Source: Amoebophrya sp. A120 (lineage: Eukaryota; Protista; Dinoflagellata). From it: DNA of 64,000 bases. The DNA is taken from contig CAJINV010000002.1 of NCBI GenBank assembly GCA_905178155.1, forward strand, positions 3,973,838 to 4,037,837, given 5' to 3'. Positions 60,913 to 64,000 of this stretch are shown piece after piece (positions within the stretch are counted from its first letter, which is position 1; each line of letters opens with the position of its first letter). The translations under genes and the position numbers were made by a program. Under the pieces are notes generated by a model. That model did no database searches. It worked only from the letters and a program-made list of their open reading frames with translations, and had not been told where the DNA came from.

Positions 60913-63701
60913 ATGCTCAGTTCCGCGTCGAATTTCAAACGCCACCCTCGCGTCGTCACGGCCGCCCTCGCGGTTGTGGCAGACGTCGTGAGTTTTCAAC
61001 AACATGTGCTGCAGTCCTCGGCCGTCGCTTTGTCCTCCTCGTCCTCCTCGACACTCGTAAGGATCAAGACGAGCATGAGCAGCAGAAAAGGTGTAGTACC
61101 TGCGGCTGGTCCCAGCATCCGTGGAAGTAGAAGGACAACAAGAAAAACTCCGCCTTCGCTGCTGCAAAGGTATTTTTACGCGAAGATGAGGCATCATTCC
61201 TCGTCGTTGTTGCCCAGGACGAGTCGGGGACCCCACGATTTCTATGAGAAGATGACTTCTACACCCGGCCAGTTTTTGTCCGTGAAGGAGAAGAACTACA
61301 GCAAGGGTCAGAAGATGACTTCTACCACTTTGCTGTCGACGAGCGACTCATTTCCGGGTACGAAGGCGAGCGACGAGAGCACGAAAGAAGTCCAATATGC
61401 CGTGGCTTCGAGCGGTAAGTTTTCTCGGTGTACAACTCTTCAATGGGATGACCCGTCTGCTGTGCCCGCATGCGCAGAGGAGGCGAGGGATGACTTCAAG
61501 ATACTACTGGCTGAACAAGCGGGGTTCGGGATTGTTGACATACAGGGGATGGTCGACAAGATTGCGACGCTTGTGGATGCCCGGATTGTTCAATGTTCGT
61601 ACACTTGCAACCATTCTGCTACATTCGGCAACGGAGGAGCCAATTCGGAAAGACAGGATGAAATCAACGCGTACGTCCTAGCGGTGAACGACGTCGCTCT
61701 GCTCCTGGACGAGGCTAAACAGGCTTTGACTCCGGTTGCCGCACCTCCCCCAGCGACGCTGGCCTTGTTTTATCCCAAGGAAAAGAAGTTCCCCACGTCC
61801 ACCCAGGGTTTACTTACAAAGGTCATGCAACGATCAAAATCGTCGTGTACTTGCAAGTGCAACCTGGAGGCACTGCTGCATTCCATTGGTTCAACGCGAA
61901 AACTGTAGGCCCTCGTAGCAGCGAGACGAGGGACAACTCTGTTTTGCTTGTGCGGGGTTTCGCTTCTTATATTTTTCTGTCGCGTATGCAAATTTTCATT
62001 TTTAACTGCGTACAACTATTAGTATTACTGTTACTGTAACAGGAAAGCCAAGTAGAAACATTTTGATCTTGCGACTTCCCGATAAATTAGGGTGGCTATC
62101 GCTATTTCAGAAAAATAGTCTTAGCAATTCCATCGGTCGTGGCTGAAGATTTTACTTTTAGTCACTGTCGCTTTGTAAAGTAAAGTCGGAGACGAGGGGA
62201 ACGAAGTCACTCAGATTCAATCGATGCAAATATATGCATGTGAAAAGCCTAAATCGGATTTGATCGACAATGGTTTTACACTTGTGCTAGCTCCTCTGGG
62301 TGGGCTACTTTTATTGTTCTTTTCGATAGCGCTGCGGAGCTGACAGCGAAGGAGCTGTTCGGAATGAAAGACGAAGACGAAGATACCCTGACAACCAAAG
62401 TGACCAATGCCTTGACCGCCATTGTGGGCCAAAAGTACACTGCTGATGAAGTTGAAATCACCGCGGACATCGTTGCTGCTGTCGACACGAATGCCATCGT
62501 TGCTGCAGTGATGGCTGATGATGCAGATGAAGCCAGCATTCAAAAGGCGATCACGGACGCCGTCACGAAGGCCATTGACGATGCTGCCGGTGCTGGTTCC
62601 ACTTTCCAAAAGACCGCGTCCGATGAGAGCACCAAGACGGTCCAAGATGCCATTGACAATCTCGCCACCGACGCTAATACTTCTAACGCCATCGCGGAGG
62701 CAATCAAGTCGGCTCTGACCACCGCGGGCGTCGAAGCTGACGCGGTGACCGCCGCGGACGCGGAGATCCAAAATCTGGCCGCTCTTGTTGCTGATAGCAA
62801 CACCAAGGGCGACGACTACGCGAAGGCGGTCGACGCCTTGGCGCTGCTTGTGGACGAGGCGAAAAAAGCGGCGGCGGATGCTATCCTCAGTAAAAGCGTT
62901 CATTCCAGCACCCCATGATACAATATTGATTTGTCATGCGAATGACCACGACCTGCATGTTGATGTTCGGATGTGGTGCATGTAGAAGATGTCTCTACTC
63001 ATCCTGCGCAGTCCACCCAGGACCAGGAGGGTACTTAAGAGGGGCAACACGAATCTATATCTGTGGTGCGGCTTTTGATATAGCCGACCACGACCACTCC
63101 CTCTCCTGCGTTGTCGAAATGTGAAGATGTCATGCGGAGATCTTCACAAAGCTTCTGGATTTGTCTAGCAGATTCCCCATCTTGTTAGCTCTGGTGGGGT
63201 GCGGACGTTTTTACACAGGATAGTGGCGACCACGGACGCCCCGGTAAACGACACCGACGTTAACGCCACTATGCATTGCAAATATTTCTTGTCCTGGGTC
63301 TGAAACTGAATTATTAGCATGAATGCAAATGTTCGGTCTGCAGGTTGCGCTTTATTCGCATCACCGTTCCAGAGGGCCGCTCCTCGGAATGCGGGTTGTT
63401 CTAGCATCACAAATTCTATTGTTCAGAAGGTCTTTCCTCTTTGATCTTGATGCCTAGCTGTATCCTGCATGAGCAAAAATGTTGCCTCCTCGGGTGACGA
63501 AGAGTGGGCGCTTGTTTTGCTGTGTGTACGACAAAAATGTTGTACAGGTTTATTCTACTATGACGTGGTCCACCACGACCACGACCAGACGTAGCATCAC
63601 AAAGAACTTGCTAAAGTCTCTCAGATGAGGACCCAGACACCTATTTGCAGTGGATAATCACCACCACAGCTGCACCAGCGGCCGATGCTCCTTCCTGCTA
63701 A
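60913..63701 (+). CDS. Ala/Thr/Asp-rich secreted/surface-type protein (~495 aa), paralog of the 52813 gene; 3 introners
   Basis: Removing 61771-62328, 62882-63222 and 63270-63656 (+5 bp each) leaves 1488 nt in frame; the motif AVxxLALLxDEAK occurs twice; ends APSC*. Confidence 0.78.
61771..62328. mobile_element. Old introner (558 bp), TIR/TSD eroded
   Basis: TATCCCAAGGAAAAGAAGTTCCCC...TTGTTCTTTTCGATA; frame restored; equivalent position (after PxTLA) to 53371. Confidence 0.6.
62882..63222. mobile_element. Introner family C (341 bp), copy of 55315
   Basis: TSD GATGC/GTGGC. Confidence 0.82.
63270..63656. mobile_element. Introner family A (387 bp), copy of 55740
   Basis: TSD GCCAC/ATCAC. Confidence 0.82.
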
Positions 63702-64000
63702 GCGGTGGAGCGCGAATTATTTCATCAGGAACAAGAAGCTGTGGAAGGAAACGAAACGGAGGCCTCCTCGTGTGGTCGCAGCATTTTCCACAAGGTACCT
63801 AATTCATTCCCAATCTAGGGGGCATCGCATTCGAGACATCACATTCTAGGCATCACAGATAGGACTAGGTCGCGCAGTCAGACCAGCGCGAACCTCGTGA
63901 GGGCCGGAATGGGTTAACCACCTCTGTGGTCCCATTTTTGTTCTCCCGTGGCCAGCCCCTGCCTACAAAAATGGTGTACACCGTGGGAGTGCAGGAAGGG

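Larger units (their letters stand above)
62808..64000 (+). repeat. Segmental duplicate of ~55240-56477
   Basis: Near-identical last exons, both introners and 3' flank, continuing to the window end. Confidence 0.9.

Noticed and set aside
1-64000. Autonomous transposase, RepHel or reverse transcriptase; tRNA/rRNA; dinoflagellate spliced-leader relic
   Set aside because: No recognisable catalytic motifs or RNA gene signatures were seen by eye.

Overview
This is eukaryotic genomic DNA, most consistent with the parasitic dinoflagellate Amoebophrya (Syndiniales); the taxonomic call is inferred from intron architecture. About 10 protein-coding genes lie on the + strand, and the six-frame ORF track is fragmented because eight of them are interrupted by 67 MITE-like intronic elements (introners), traced by hand. 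Each element runs from TAT to ATA, with occasional single-base variants. Each has ~20-35 bp terminal inverted repeats (TIRs) from at least 8 families (A-H, my labels) and is flanked by a 5-bp direct repeat (TSD) that is often perfect. All families carry copies of an internal GCA(T/A)NACA motif. Deleting each element plus one 5-bp copy (and two ordinary GT-AG introns) restores continuous frames of about 686, 531, 994, 3938, 489, 391 and 495 aa. Paralogous segments show filled versus empty sites, and one site filled by two different families. Four introners carry nested elements: two Helitron-like, one foldback/MULE-like with a 9-bp TSD, and one SINE-like. Some old copies have decayed toward GT-AG boundaries. 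No transposase gene, RNA gene or CRISPR array was recognised. Splicing itself is inferred, because no transcript data are available.
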